Made by a program: the position numbers and the translations under genes. Source: Cenarchaeum sp. (GTDB taxonomy: Archaea > Thermoproteota > Nitrososphaeria > Nitrososphaerales > Nitrosopumilaceae). Taken from it: a DNA stretch of 64,000 bases. Numbering within the stretch: position 1 is the stretch's first letter; the number at the start of each line of letters is the position of its first letter. Shown in pieces: positions 8,557 to 18,068 of this stretch. Below the pieces are notes generated by a model that did no database searches, was not told the DNA's origin, and saw nothing but the letters and a program-made list of their open reading frames with translations. The stretch is from positions 128,001 to 192,000 of the forward strand of contig OY843584.1 in the NCBI GenBank assembly GCA_963692915.1, in the 5' to 3' direction.

Positions 8557-10323
8557 CTATTTTAACCTACGAGCAACCGTGGGCACCATCCGGCGCGCCC
8601 TCACGTCAACTAGGCCGCCATGGAGGAGGCGAACCGACGGGAGCGCAAGGAAGGGCAGAAAGAGGGGCACGAGGTGCGCACGGCCAAACCTGCACCCCGA
8701 GTCGGCCATCTCGCCATCTATGCGCCCGAGGAGCGCGCCGGCCTCATCGAGGCCCAGATCCGAGACGATGCCGCAAAAGGAGAGCGGCAGGCTGGCCACT
8801 ATGCGGCCTCCCCTGGCCACGGCCATGCCCCCGCCGCCGGAGACTGCCTCGTTTGCCGCGACTGCCATGTCGGCTGTCCCCGAGCCGACGACCATGATGT
8901 CGTTCTCGTGAAAGCTCCACGTCGAGGCGATCGCAGCATCAAGGCTCCCCATGCCCTCGACGAAGGCGACGGTTCCTCCCCGTGGCCCGCCAGGCCTCCC
9001 AAATGCCGCGGCCCTGGCCACCTGCGAGCCGCCGAGCCTGCCCTCGCGCACCCCGAGGCGCGCACTGCCGAGCTTTGTGACGATCTCAGTCATCATCACT
9101 ATCGTGTTGACCTCTGCGCCGCCTGCGCTGCCGGCGACCTCAAAGTCAGCGCCTGTGAACGGCCGCCTCGCGCCAACCATGCGAGATGCCCATGCCGGAG
9201 CCCTCCTCTTTGGCCGTGCGGCCACGAGCTTGCCGTCGATGACGGCAGGCCGCCCGCCGACATAGACGTCACGAACCTTCGCTGACTCTAGTGAGTCGAG
9301 CATGACAATGTCAGCAAGCCTGCCCGGCCCGATGCCGCCGAGGTCGTGACCCATTGCGTAATAGTCAAAGGCGTTCCTCGATGCTATGGTGTATGCCGTC
9401 ACGGGCTCCATTCCGAGGCGCACGGCCTCGCGCACACAGTGATCAATGTGGCCATAGCTTGCCATGTCGACCGGATTCACGCCGTCCGAGCAGAACATGA
9501 GGCGGCTCGTGTCTATGTTGCGCGCAAGAACGTCGGTGACTATTGCGGCGAGATCACGCCGAATCGAGCCCTCCCTGGCCATGACCCACATGCCAAGCCG
9601 CAGCCTCTCGACTGCTTGCGCATAGTCGACTGGCTCGTGGCACGACAGTATGCCCGATGCGACGTACGCCTGGAGCTTTTTGCCCGATGCGCCGGCGGTG
9701 TGGCCGTTTATTGCGTGTCCACCGTCTAGCATGCGCTCTAGCTGGCGCATGGTTTCAGCATCGCGCCCCGTCACGCGTGTCCACGAAAAGACCTCGCCGA
9801 GGCCGACAACGTCATCGCGCCGCAGGATCGTCCCCTCTTGCGCGCGCGTGAGCGTGCGCGCCGTGCTGAACTTGCGGTCAACGGGCAGGCCGCCGGGCAC
9901 AAAGCTGAATATCCTCGCCGGCGCGCCCTCGCACTGGCGCAGAAACTCCCCGAGACCCCGCGCGCCGGCCACGCTCACGATGTCTATCGGGTCAGAAAAG
10001 AGCGACGTCACGCCGTGGAGGACGGCGTGCGCGGCGAACTCGCGCGGCATGACAAACTGGTCGATGTGCGTGTGCGGGTCGGCCATGCCCGGCACGGCAA
10101 AGGCCCCGCGCGCATCGACTGTCCTCGTCGACTTGCCGGCCGTGTGCGAGGCGTCATGGCCCACATAGGCGATGCGCTCGCCGGCCACGGCTATGTCGAT
10201 GCCCTCCTGGAGCTCGCCCGTGTAGACGTTGGCAAGCGTTGCGCCCCTGATGATGAGGCTCGCTGCCGCCTCGCCCATTGCCACTGCGTTGAGCCTCCGT
10301 ATGGAGCCGCCTAGCGCGCCCAT
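8557..10323 (-). CDS. ade: Adenine deaminase
   Basis: DPHTHID, NGHTAG, SCHE, REGS, CSDG, GRLADIV; 588 aa. Confidence 0.88.
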   Translation of the reverse strand: MGALGGSIRRLNAVAMGEAAASLIIRGATLANVYTGELQEGIDIAVAGERIAYVGHDASHTAGKSTRTVDARGAFAVPGMADPHTHIDQFVMPREFAAHAVLHGVTSLFSDPIDIVSVAGARGLGEFLRQCEGAPARIFSFVPGGLPVDRKFSTARTLTRAQEGTILRRDDVVGLGEVFSWTRVTGRDAETMRQLERMLDGGHAINGHTAGASGKKLQAYVASGILSCHEPVDYAQAVERLRLGMWVMAREGSIRRDLAAIVTDVLARNIDTSRLMFCSDGVNPVDMASYGHIDHCVREAVRLGMEPVTAYTIASRNAFDYYAMGHDLGGIGPGRLADIVMLDSLESAKVRDVYVGGRPAVIDGKLVAARPKRRAPAWASRMVGARRPFTGADFEVAGSAGGAEVNTIVMMTEIVTKLGSARLGVREGRLGGSQVARAAAFGRPGGPRGGTVAFVEGMGSLDAAIASTWSFHENDIMVVGSGTADMAVAANEAVSGGGGMAVARGGRIVASLPLSFCGIVSDLGLDEAGALLGRIDGEMADSGCRFGRAHLVPLFLPFLALPSVRLLHGGLVDVRARRMVPTVARRLK

Positions 10324-10393
10324 GCGCGACTCGCGCGCAGTGCCCCAATTTAAGATTCAATGCTTAAATTACGGCATTCGCGCGCGCGCACCG

Positions 10394-10675
10394 TTGAAGT
10401 ACCCAAAGGCAATAATGCGCTACTGCCCCAAGTGCAAAAAGCACACGTCGCAAAAGGTCTCGCTATACAAGGCCGGCAAGCGCCGGGCCTCGGCCATAGG
10501 CGAGCGGCGCCACGCCGAGGACAAAAAGGGCTATGGGGGCCAAAAGTTCCCCAAGCTGGCAAAGCCGGCCAAGGTCACCAAAAAGTTCACGCGTATACTC
10601 GCGTGTCCGGACTGCAAGAAAAAGTTCAACATGTACGGCATTCGTGTCAAAAAGTTCGAGTTGGTGGCAGTATGA
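10394..10675 (+). CDS. rpl44e: 50S ribosomal protein L44e (eL42)
   Basis: TTG start; YCPKCKKH...GYGGQKFP...CPDC. Confidence 0.95.
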   Translation: MKYPKAIMRYCPKCKKHTSQKVSLYKAGKRRASAIGERRHAEDKKGYGGQKFPKLAKPAKVTKKFTRILACPDCKKKFNMYGIRVKKFELVAV

Positions 10676-10875
10676 AGAAGGATCACGTTCCAGTTCCACA
10701 GCCCTCAAGCAAGTTTCTTCGCGTAGAGTGCTCCGAGTGCAACGAAAAGCAGGTGGTCTACTCGCACGCCTCAACTGCAATCACGTGCAACTCGTGCGGC
10801 AATGCGCTGGCAACGCCGACTGGCTCACTTGCGCAGATTCACGGCTCTATCGTGGATCCGAACACGAGCTCATAG
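10672..10875 (+). CDS. rps27e: 30S ribosomal protein S27e
   Basis: PSSKFLRVECSEC...YSHAS...CNSCG...PTG; ATGA overlap with rpl44e. Confidence 0.95.
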   Translation: MKKDHVPVPQPSSKFLRVECSECNEKQVVYSHASTAITCNSCGNALATPTGSLAQIHGSIVDPNTSS

Positions 10876-11438
10876 TCGCTCACGGTATTGATTCCAAGGC
10901 ATATCCTCCTGTCGTCTAGCACGCGCAATGCTTCTTTCACGTGTCCCCCGCCGCGCGCAAGCGCTGCGTTGACCACAGAGACTCCGGTATAGCAGCACTC
11001 CCTCTGCCCGACATTTACAAAAAACTCGGGCGTCGCGCCAAGTGACTCGGCAAACCTCCTAGTTGCGACTATTGCCATCCACGCGCCGGCCTCGTCGTGG
11101 AGCGCCGATGCCTTTCGCAGGACAGACGCGTCAATGAGCGCAAGATCTCCGGGCACTACCATGACGTTGCCCTCAAGCGTTGACATTGCGGTGCACACGT
11201 CAGCGGCATATCCGTCACCGGCAGTCTCGACCACGCTGATGCGCGCGTCATCGCGCAAGAGTGCGGCCGTGCGTGGAGCGTTCGGGCTAGTTGCCGCGAC
11301 GATGCGCGTGTACATGCCCGAGTCTGCCATGGCGCCAATTACCCTGCTGACTACCGGCGTCTCGCCTCCGAGGACGAGCTTTTCGCCCATTGCGCGCATG
11401 CGCGTTCCGCGCCCGCCGGCCATGACGAGGCCGATCAT
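10839..11438 (-). CDS. cobY: Adenosylcobinamide-phosphate guanylyltransferase
   Basis: MAGGRGTRM...EK NTP-transferase motif, in cob operon. Confidence 0.85.
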   Translation of the reverse strand: MIGLVMAGGRGTRMRAMGEKLVLGGETPVVSRVIGAMADSGMYTRIVAATSPNAPRTAALLRDDARISVVETAGDGYAADVCTAMSTLEGNVMVVPGDLALIDASVLRKASALHDEAGAWMAIVATRRFAESLGATPEFFVNVGQRECCYTGVSVVNAALARGGGHVKEALRVLDDRRICLGINTVSDYELVFGSTIEP

Positions 11439-12190
11439 TGCGCACCCACCAGCACGATGACTGCGGCGATCCTTGCGAGCTCGTTGGCTGCCCCGAGTGA
11501 GTCGCCGCGAAGCCCGCCGAGTCCCCTCTCTGAGGCGACGCCGACTAGGAGCGCGACGATGATTGCGGCCGCTGCGGCCCCGATGGCCGCCACGCCTGAG
11601 ACGCCGATCGATATGGCCATCGCGACTGCAGCAGTTGCTGCCACTGCACGCCAGTCTGCTGCCGCGCGCACAAACGCCTCGGCCGTGCTGTCTGGCGCGG
11701 CCGCGCGAGCCCTCATCAGGATGACCATCGAGAGCTTTGCGATCACCTCGGCTGAGACGACTGCTGCCAGGATGCCCCAGGGGCCGGCCGGATATATCGC
11801 CGCGACGAGGGCCATGAGGGAGATGGCCACAGCCACGCTGCCTGCCGTGCCTGTGGCATGGTCCTTTAGGGCCGCGACCCTGCGCTCGCGCGACCCGCGA
11901 ACCATGAGCGCATCGGCCAGGTCGGCCAGCCCGTCGAGGTGATGCATTCCGGTGAGGAGCGCGAGTGCGGCGACTGTGCAGACTGCGGCGAGGAGGGGCT
12001 CTAGTCCGGCAAGCATCGCTCCGGCGCCGACTGTGCCGGCGATCGCCCCCACGGCGAGTCCGGCTAGCGGAAACGCCCAGAGCGCGCCGGCCGCATCGGC
12101 GAGCGTCGTGCGCCGTCCCTGCGGGATCACCGTGAGGAGCGCAAACACCGCACTTGCACGCTCAAGCATAGGGCCACCATTCCGCCGCAC
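11435..12190 (-). CDS. cobS: Cobalamin synthase
   Basis: HHLDGLADLADAL, KD...G, GDSLGA; multi-TM. Confidence 0.92.
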   Translation of the reverse strand: MRRNGGPMLERASAVFALLTVIPQGRRTTLADAAGALWAFPLAGLAVGAIAGTVGAGAMLAGLEPLLAAVCTVAALALLTGMHHLDGLADLADALMVRGSRERRVAALKDHATGTAGSVAVAISLMALVAAIYPAGPWGILAAVVSAEVIAKLSMVILMRARAAAPDSTAEAFVRAAADWRAVAATAAVAMAISIGVSGVAAIGAAAAAIIVALLVGVASERGLGGLRGDSLGAANELARIAAVIVLVGAQ

Positions 12191-13130
12191 CGGCAGCCGC
12201 CAGCGCCAGGGCTACTGCGCCGATGGCTGCCACTAGGATCACCGAGCCGACTAGCATGACCCTCCTTGCCGCATCAACGTCGCGCATCGTCGGCTCGGAG
12301 CCGTTTTCACATATGACATAGTGGCCAACCTTTTCGAGGCGCACTCCAAGCGCGCCGGCCATCGCCGCCATTGGGTATCCCGCATTGGGGCTTGCGGTAA
12401 CTGCATGGTCGCGCCGGACAGCCAGGAGCGCACCGCGCCAGTCCATGCCCATGGCCATCGCGGCTGCTATGATGATGCCCGCTGTCATCCTTGCCGGAAC
12501 ATAGCCGAGCACGTTGTCACACGTTGCGCCAAACCACCCGATCCTCTCGAGCTCGCGCGTCTTGTATCCGGCCATCGCGTCGATCGTGTTGATCGCGCGA
12601 TATATGAGCGCACCGGGCGCGCCGGCGAGGGCAAAGTATGACAGGGGAGCTACGATGCCGTCTGCCATGTTCTCGGCGATCGTCTCGACTAGTCCGGAGA
12701 GTATGTGCGCGCGTCCGAGGCTGCGCGTGTCGCGCTTTACGACCATCGCGAGCCTGTGCCTTGCGGCCGTCAGGTCGTCCTCACCGAGGCGCGAGGTCAC
12801 GGCAGTCACGTGCTGTGACATTGAGCGGACCGATATTGCCGCAAAGAGCAGGAGCGCACCGGCTGCGGTCCACACAATGCCGCTCCATGCGCCAAGCGCG
12901 CCGATTGCCCCATGCAGCACGGCTAGCGGGACGATGACTGCACCGCACACGCCGAGGACAACGGCGACGCCGGCGGCACGCTCGTGTGAGCTAGCGCGCG
13001 CCGCGACGACGAGGCGCGCGGTGAGGCGGCCCATCCAGACTGTCGGGTGCAGGCGCCGAGGCGGCTCGCCTAGGCCCAGATCCATCGCGAGCGCAAACGC
13101 GGCGGCCAGGGCGACTGCAATCAGCGGCAT
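12162..13130 (-). CDS. cbiB: Adenosylcobinamide-phosphate synthase
   Basis: GEPP..LHPTVWMG, ENMADG, INTIDAMAGYK, SPNAG. Confidence 0.92.
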   Translation of the reverse strand: MPLIAVALAAAFALAMDLGLGEPPRRLHPTVWMGRLTARLVVAARASSHERAAGVAVVLGVCGAVIVPLAVLHGAIGALGAWSGIVWTAAGALLLFAAISVRSMSQHVTAVTSRLGEDDLTAARHRLAMVVKRDTRSLGRAHILSGLVETIAENMADGIVAPLSYFALAGAPGALIYRAINTIDAMAGYKTRELERIGWFGATCDNVLGYVPARMTAGIIIAAAMAMGMDWRGALLAVRRDHAVTASPNAGYPMAAMAGALGVRLEKVGHYVICENGSEPTMRDVDAARRVMLVGSVILVAAIGAVALALAAAGAAEWWPYA

Positions 13131-13954
13131 GCGTCCACCACCAGCGCACCAACATCGATGCGCTCCTCGAGGGCGCGCGCGAGGCGCGAGCACGCGCGGC
13201 TGATCGTCTCCCTGCGCGGCATCGCCGCGCGCGCCGCGCGCGCGCCAAGCGAGTCCTCCTCGGGAAGGCCGACTCTGAGCATGGGAATGGTTCCAAGAAC
13301 CGGCTTTTTTGTGATTCGGCTCAGCGTCTCGTACCCGCGCGCAAGTATCGTCTCATCGCCGCGAAACTTGTTGATGATGACTCCGCGCACGAGGCGCCTG
13401 TGGCGCGCCTCTAGGAGCGCGATCGTGCCGACGATCGAGGCAAACGCGCCCCCGCGCTCAATGTCGGCGACGAGTATGACGCCGGCGCGCGCGGCCTCGG
13501 CTATGGCCATGTTGGCAATGTCGCCATCACCAATGTTGATCTCTGCAGGCGAGCCGGCGCCCTCGATTACGATGATGTCGTGTGCGGCCTCTAGGCGGCG
13601 CAGCGCCGAGATGGCGACGCGCAGGCCACGCCGCCTGGCAAACCGATAGTACTCGCGCGCGCGCATGCGCGCCTCGAGCCTGCCGTTGACATGGACGTCT
13701 GAGGAGTCATCGCCGACTGGCCGCAGGAGTATGGGGTTGAGGTCGACTCTGGCCTCGCACCTGGCGGCGATCGCCTGTACCGCCTGCGCGCGCGATATGC
13801 GCCCGCCCTGCACGCCGTGCGAAAAGCGTGACATGTTCTGGGCCTTGAACGGCGCCACGCTGTGACCACGATCCGAGAGTGCGCGGCAGAGCGCAGCGAC
13901 GAGTGTTGTCTTGCCTGCGCCTGATGACGTGCCCTGGACCATTATCGCCGTCAT
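13121..13954 (-). CDS. cbiP: Cobyric acid synthase (synthetase domain only)
   Basis: GTSSGAGKT, PFKAQNMS, EGAGSPAEIN, INKFRGD, LPEED; only 277 aa. Confidence 0.9.
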   Translation of the reverse strand: MTAIMVQGTSSGAGKTTLVAALCRALSDRGHSVAPFKAQNMSRFSHGVQGGRISRAQAVQAIAARCEARVDLNPILLRPVGDDSSDVHVNGRLEARMRAREYYRFARRRGLRVAISALRRLEAAHDIIVIEGAGSPAEINIGDGDIANMAIAEAARAGVILVADIERGGAFASIVGTIALLEARHRRLVRGVIINKFRGDETILARGYETLSRITKKPVLGTIPMLRVGLPEEDSLGARAARAAMPRRETISRACSRLARALEERIDVGALVVDACR

Positions 13955-15048
13955 ATCGACCTGATCGCCTTCACAAAGTGCATGTTCTCCTGGTGCGTGC
14001 TCAGCGATATGCGAATGTGCCTGTCACCGAGGCCGCTAAATGACGCACAGTCGCGCACGAGCATGCCCTTTTTCAGCAGCATGTTGCGAACCTCTCGTGA
14101 CGTGCGTCCGCTCACCTCCACTAGGAAAAAATTTGCCGCGTGATGGTCCGTGCACTCAAACCCGTCGATCGCGTCTATCTCCCTGCGCAAATAGCGTGAC
14201 TCTTTTTGGCACATTGCGCGCAGCTTTGAGATGTGCGATGCCCGTGACTTTGCCACAAGTAGCGGCGTTGCGGCCATGGCGACGCCGTGCGCGATGCCCG
14301 AGACTGTCCACGGGATCCTCGCCTCGCGAAGGGCCGATGCCGTGTCTGAGTTGCCGATGCCATACCCGACGCGCACGCCGGGAACGCCAAACGTCTTTGT
14401 GTACGAGTGAACCACATAGAGGTTCTTGCGGCCAGGGGCGTCTCCGATGACAGACGCCTTGCGTGCCGTGAACTCGATGAACGCCTCGTCGACTAGGACC
14501 TGCGAGTCGACCTTGGCGGCCGCATCGACGATCTCGAGGATCTCCCTGCGCCCGAGAAGCTCGCCGGTGGGATTGTTTGGGTTGCACACATAGACACACC
14601 CCTTGCGTGGAATCTTTGAGATAAACCCGCCAATGTCCTCGCCGAGATCCATCGTGGCAAACTCCTCAACGCGCGCGCCGCACAGCCTTGCTGCTGATGC
14701 ATACTCGGAGAATGTCGGGGCCTGCATGAGCACGCCCATCTGCGGCGTGACGAACGCCCTGGTCCAGTCATGTATGAGCTCCGATGCGCCGCACCCAATG
14801 ACGACCTGTGCGTCATCTGCCTCCCTGGCCTCGGCGACTACTGCGCGCAGGGCAGCATAGTCGGGATCCGGATATGCGAGTGACGCGTCTATCCCGCGCT
14901 CAATGGCCGCGATGACAGGTCCGGGAGGCCCGAGGGGACCGATGCTAGAGCTAAAGTCCATGACGCTGCGCGCAATGCCGCCGCGCACCGAGTGTGGCCC
15001 GCCGTGCTCGGCGCGCTTGTGCGTGAGGACCTCCCTGCGCATAGTCAC
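13951..15048 (-). CDS. cobD: Threonine-phosphate decarboxylase (PLP, class I/II)
   Basis: HGG, DFSSS, CNPNNPTG, VDEAF, SYTK, LVRDC; heads the cob operon. Confidence 0.85.
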   Translation of the reverse strand: MTMRREVLTHKRAEHGGPHSVRGGIARSVMDFSSSIGPLGPPGPVIAAIERGIDASLAYPDPDYAALRAVVAEAREADDAQVVIGCGASELIHDWTRAFVTPQMGVLMQAPTFSEYASAARLCGARVEEFATMDLGEDIGGFISKIPRKGCVYVCNPNNPTGELLGRREILEIVDAAAKVDSQVLVDEAFIEFTARKASVIGDAPGRKNLYVVHSYTKTFGVPGVRVGYGIGNSDTASALREARIPWTVSGIAHGVAMAATPLLVAKSRASHISKLRAMCQKESRYLRREIDAIDGFECTDHHAANFFLVEVSGRTSREVRNMLLKKGMLVRDCASFSGLGDRHIRISLSTHQENMHFVKAIRSI

Positions 15049-15184
15049 CGGCCGCGCGCCTCCCCGTGTTTAGCCTTTTGTGCCTGCCCGCCGGCGATCG
15101 CACCCCTGCCACGGACGGCCAATCCTGCCACTTGCCGCCCCGTCTGATAACGATTATTAACGCGCCTGCGCCCACTAGCGCAGC

Positions 15185-16264
15185 ATGAAAAAGCGGGTCG
15201 CCATAGTCGGCGTCACGGGAATCGTGGGCCAAGAGTTCGTCCACGCGCTAGATGACCACCCGTGGTTTACCGTCACGCAGATCGCCGCATCTGAGCGCAA
15301 CGCGGGCAAGACGTATGCCGAGGCAGTCTCGGATGACCCAAGCGGCATTGTCGCCTGGGACGGGAGCGGCAAGATACCGGGGTATATCGCCGACATGAAG
15401 ATACGCTCGATCGACGGCCTTGACCCCTCGGAGCTCGAGCTCGTCTTTTCTGCAGTGGAGTCACAGGCCGCCCGCGACATAGAGACGCGACTGGCCACTG
15501 ACGTTCCGGTGATCAGCACGAGCTCGGCGTACAGGTACGAGACTGACGTGCCCATACTCATACCGGGAATAAATGACGACCATGCCGAGCTCCTCGACGT
15601 GCAGAGCAAGAACCGCGGATGGAAGGGCTGGGTGGCCCCGCTGCCAAACTGCACGACTACGGGACTAGTTATCACGCTAAAGCCGCTCCGCGACTCGCAT
15701 GGCGCAAACAAGGTAGTGATGACGTCGATGCAGGCGCTCTCTGGCGCAGGCCGCTCGCCCGGCGTGAGCGCGATGAACATTACGGACAATATCGTGCCCT
15801 ATATCCCAAAGGAGGAGGGCAAGGTTCGCATAGAGACGCGCAAGATCCTCGGCACGCTAAAGGGAGACAGGATCGAGGAGGCTGACATTCGCGTTAGCTG
15901 CACGTGCACGCGCGTTCCGGTCATCGACGGCCACACCGAGTCGGTTCTCGTAGGAACCGAGCGCGAAATTGACGCAGAGTCAGCAAAGAGGGCATATGAC
16001 AAGTACGGCAAGGAGATATCCACTGTGGGACTGCCCTCAGCACCTGATGACTATTTTGCGGTCCATGATGACCCCATGCGCCCGCAGCCGCGCATAGAGC
16101 GCGACGTCGGTGACGGGATGACGACTACGATCGGGAGGCTAGAGGCCGACGACATGCTCGGCCACGGGATAAAGTACGTCCTCTTCTCGCACAACAAAAA
16201 GATGGGCTCGGCCAAGGGGGCGGTCCTGCTCGCCGAGATGCTCCATAAAAAGGGCAAAATCTAG
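15185..16264 (+). CDS. asd: Aspartate-semialdehyde dehydrogenase (archaeal type)
   Basis: GVTGIVG, PNCTT, QALSGAG, RVPVIDGHT. Confidence 0.93.
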   Translation: MKKRVAIVGVTGIVGQEFVHALDDHPWFTVTQIAASERNAGKTYAEAVSDDPSGIVAWDGSGKIPGYIADMKIRSIDGLDPSELELVFSAVESQAARDIETRLATDVPVISTSSAYRYETDVPILIPGINDDHAELLDVQSKNRGWKGWVAPLPNCTTTGLVITLKPLRDSHGANKVVMTSMQALSGAGRSPGVSAMNITDNIVPYIPKEEGKVRIETRKILGTLKGDRIEEADIRVSCTCTRVPVIDGHTESVLVGTEREIDAESAKRAYDKYGKEISTVGLPSAPDDYFAVHDDPMRPQPRIERDVGDGMTTTIGRLEADDMLGHGIKYVLFSHNKKMGSAKGAVLLAEMLHKKGKI

Positions 16265-16311
16265 CGCACACTTGGGAATATTCCAAGAATAGACTTTTAA
16301 GCTCTCAAAAA

Positions 16312-16797
16312 GTGGACGCGCCGGTGTCATCGCAGGAAGGCGCAGACGATCTCGACATGAGAATACTCGCGGGCCTTGCCGCCGACGCGTCAGTCTCGGT
16401 TCCCACGCTTGCGCGCGACATTGGAACAAACCCGTCTGTCGTCTACTCTCGCATACGCCGCCTCGTAAAGAACGGCCTCATCGAGCGGTACACCATAGTC
16501 ATCAACGAGCGCAGCCTCGGCTATACGGTAAAGGCCCTCGTTGGCATCAACATGGACAGCCGCGAGCGTGACACCATAATCGACTCCCTACTGGGCACCG
16601 ACGGCGTCGAGCGCGTCGCCGAGGTCACCGGCAGGTTTGACATATTGGTGACCGTGTACGCAAAGACGCTCGATGACATGCACGAGATTGTGTCTGAGCG
16701 CATCGGCAAGATTAACGGAATTGTGTCATCCGAGTCGTTCCTCGAGATGAAGTCAGTCTCCAAGGACATGCCGCACGTGACGGCGGGGGCTTCCTGA
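16312..16797 (+). CDS. Lrp/AsnC family transcriptional regulator
   Basis: DDLDMRIL HTH, RIRRL..G.I, EVTGRFD. Confidence 0.9.
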   Translation: MDAPVSSQEGADDLDMRILAGLAADASVSVPTLARDIGTNPSVVYSRIRRLVKNGLIERYTIVINERSLGYTVKALVGINMDSRERDTIIDSLLGTDGVERVAEVTGRFDILVTVYAKTLDDMHEIVSERIGKINGIVSSESFLEMKSVSKDMPHVTAGAS

Positions 16798-16798
16798 G

Positions 16799-17725
16799 TT
16801 GCAGAGGCAGGGATCGGCCTCGCGCGTGGCCGTGTATTACGAGCTCACAAAGCCAAAGATATGGTACCTACTTGCGTTCACGGCCTTTGGCGCGACGATA
16901 ACTGCGTCCAACGTGTACGGCGTTGACGTGTCGGGAGTGACGTGGGCGCTCGTGCTGGGCAGCGTGATTGCCGGCTCGGCTGCTGCCAACACGCTGACAA
17001 ACTATCACGACAGGGACATTGACGCCATAATGGAGCGCACGCGCGACCGGCCAATCCCGTCCGGACGCATAACGCCCGAGAATGCGCGCAACTTTGGCCT
17101 CGCCCTTGCCGTAATGTCAGTTGTCATGGCATTTGGAATATCGGCGACCACGACACTCGAGCAGGGCACGTGGGCCGCCGTGTTTATTGCATTCGGGCTG
17201 CTCAACAATATTCTCGTGTACTCTTATGGGCTAAAGCGCCGCAGCTGGACCAACATTATACTTGGGGGCATATGCGGCGGCTCGCCTCCGATGGTCGGCT
17301 GGGTTGCAGTGACAATGTCAGATCTCTGGACTATGGGCCTTGTCATGGCAGGCCTCGTCTTTATCTGGATACCGCTCCACATCTGGAGCCTGACTCTGCA
17401 CTTTAAATCTGACTACAATGCTGTCAAAGTGCCGATGCTCACTGCGGTGAAATCCGAGGGTGCGTCTGCGCGAATTATTGCGGCCTCGACCGTCATAATG
17501 GTCGTCTTTAGCGTTGTGCCGTTCTTTTTGGAGCTAGAGGGCGGCGAACCGATGACCGGTGCTGTCTACCTCTGGACCGCTATTGCGTCTGGCGCCCTCA
17601 TGGTGGCACTCTCGGCGTGGGTCGTGGCGCGGCCCTCGGAGAGCTCGTCATGGGTTCTCTTCAAGTTCTCTAGTCCGTATTTGGCAGTCCTGTTCATCGC
17701 CCTCATGGTAGATTCGGCGCTGTAG
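16799..17725 (+). CDS. ctaB: Protoheme IX farnesyltransferase (heme O synthase)
   Basis: ELTKPKI, DRDIDAIMERTRDRPIPSG, LKRRS, WIPLHIW. Confidence 0.93.
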   Translation: MQRQGSASRVAVYYELTKPKIWYLLAFTAFGATITASNVYGVDVSGVTWALVLGSVIAGSAAANTLTNYHDRDIDAIMERTRDRPIPSGRITPENARNFGLALAVMSVVMAFGISATTTLEQGTWAAVFIAFGLLNNILVYSYGLKRRSWTNIILGGICGGSPPMVGWVAVTMSDLWTMGLVMAGLVFIWIPLHIWSLTLHFKSDYNAVKVPMLTAVKSEGASARIIAASTVIMVVFSVVPFFLELEGGEPMTGAVYLWTAIASGALMVALSAWVVARPSESSSWVLFKFSSPYLAVLFIALMVDSAL

Positions 17726-17944
17726 ATGTAGGGTCTGTGTCACAAGGCTGGTTGCCGTACATGTGCCAGCTTTAGTTTCAGTCTTGAAATGCGTCTAGCC
17801 CGGCCTCGTTGGAGTCCAGTTCTCACCCTCAAACTCTTCTAGAAGCTCGGCTATGTATCATAGTCTGAGGATGGTATGCCTACGGTTGGAGCGCTTATCG
17901 CGACGATCTGTCCATGATATTTCAGCAGATTGCGCGTGTAAATG

Positions 17945-18054
17945 TATGAGGTTAGCACCCCCGCCCGTTCATGCCTAGACAGGCGCCGAAGTGGCAGGCA
18001 GATCGACAGGATCACGCCTATTTGGCCAAATGAGCATGAGGTGTTGACCTCATA
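17945..18054. mobile_element. 110-bp MITE-like element
   Basis: TIRs TATGAGGTTAGCAC / GTGTTGACCTCATA; flanked by direct repeat CGTGTAAATG (17935-17944, 18055-18064); inverted homolog at 37816-37925. Confidence 0.85.
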
Positions 18055-18068
18055 CGTGTAAATGTTTT

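Noticed and set aside
17730-17940. Possible gene remnant between ctaB and the MITE
   Set aside because: Only short frames with no recognisable motif
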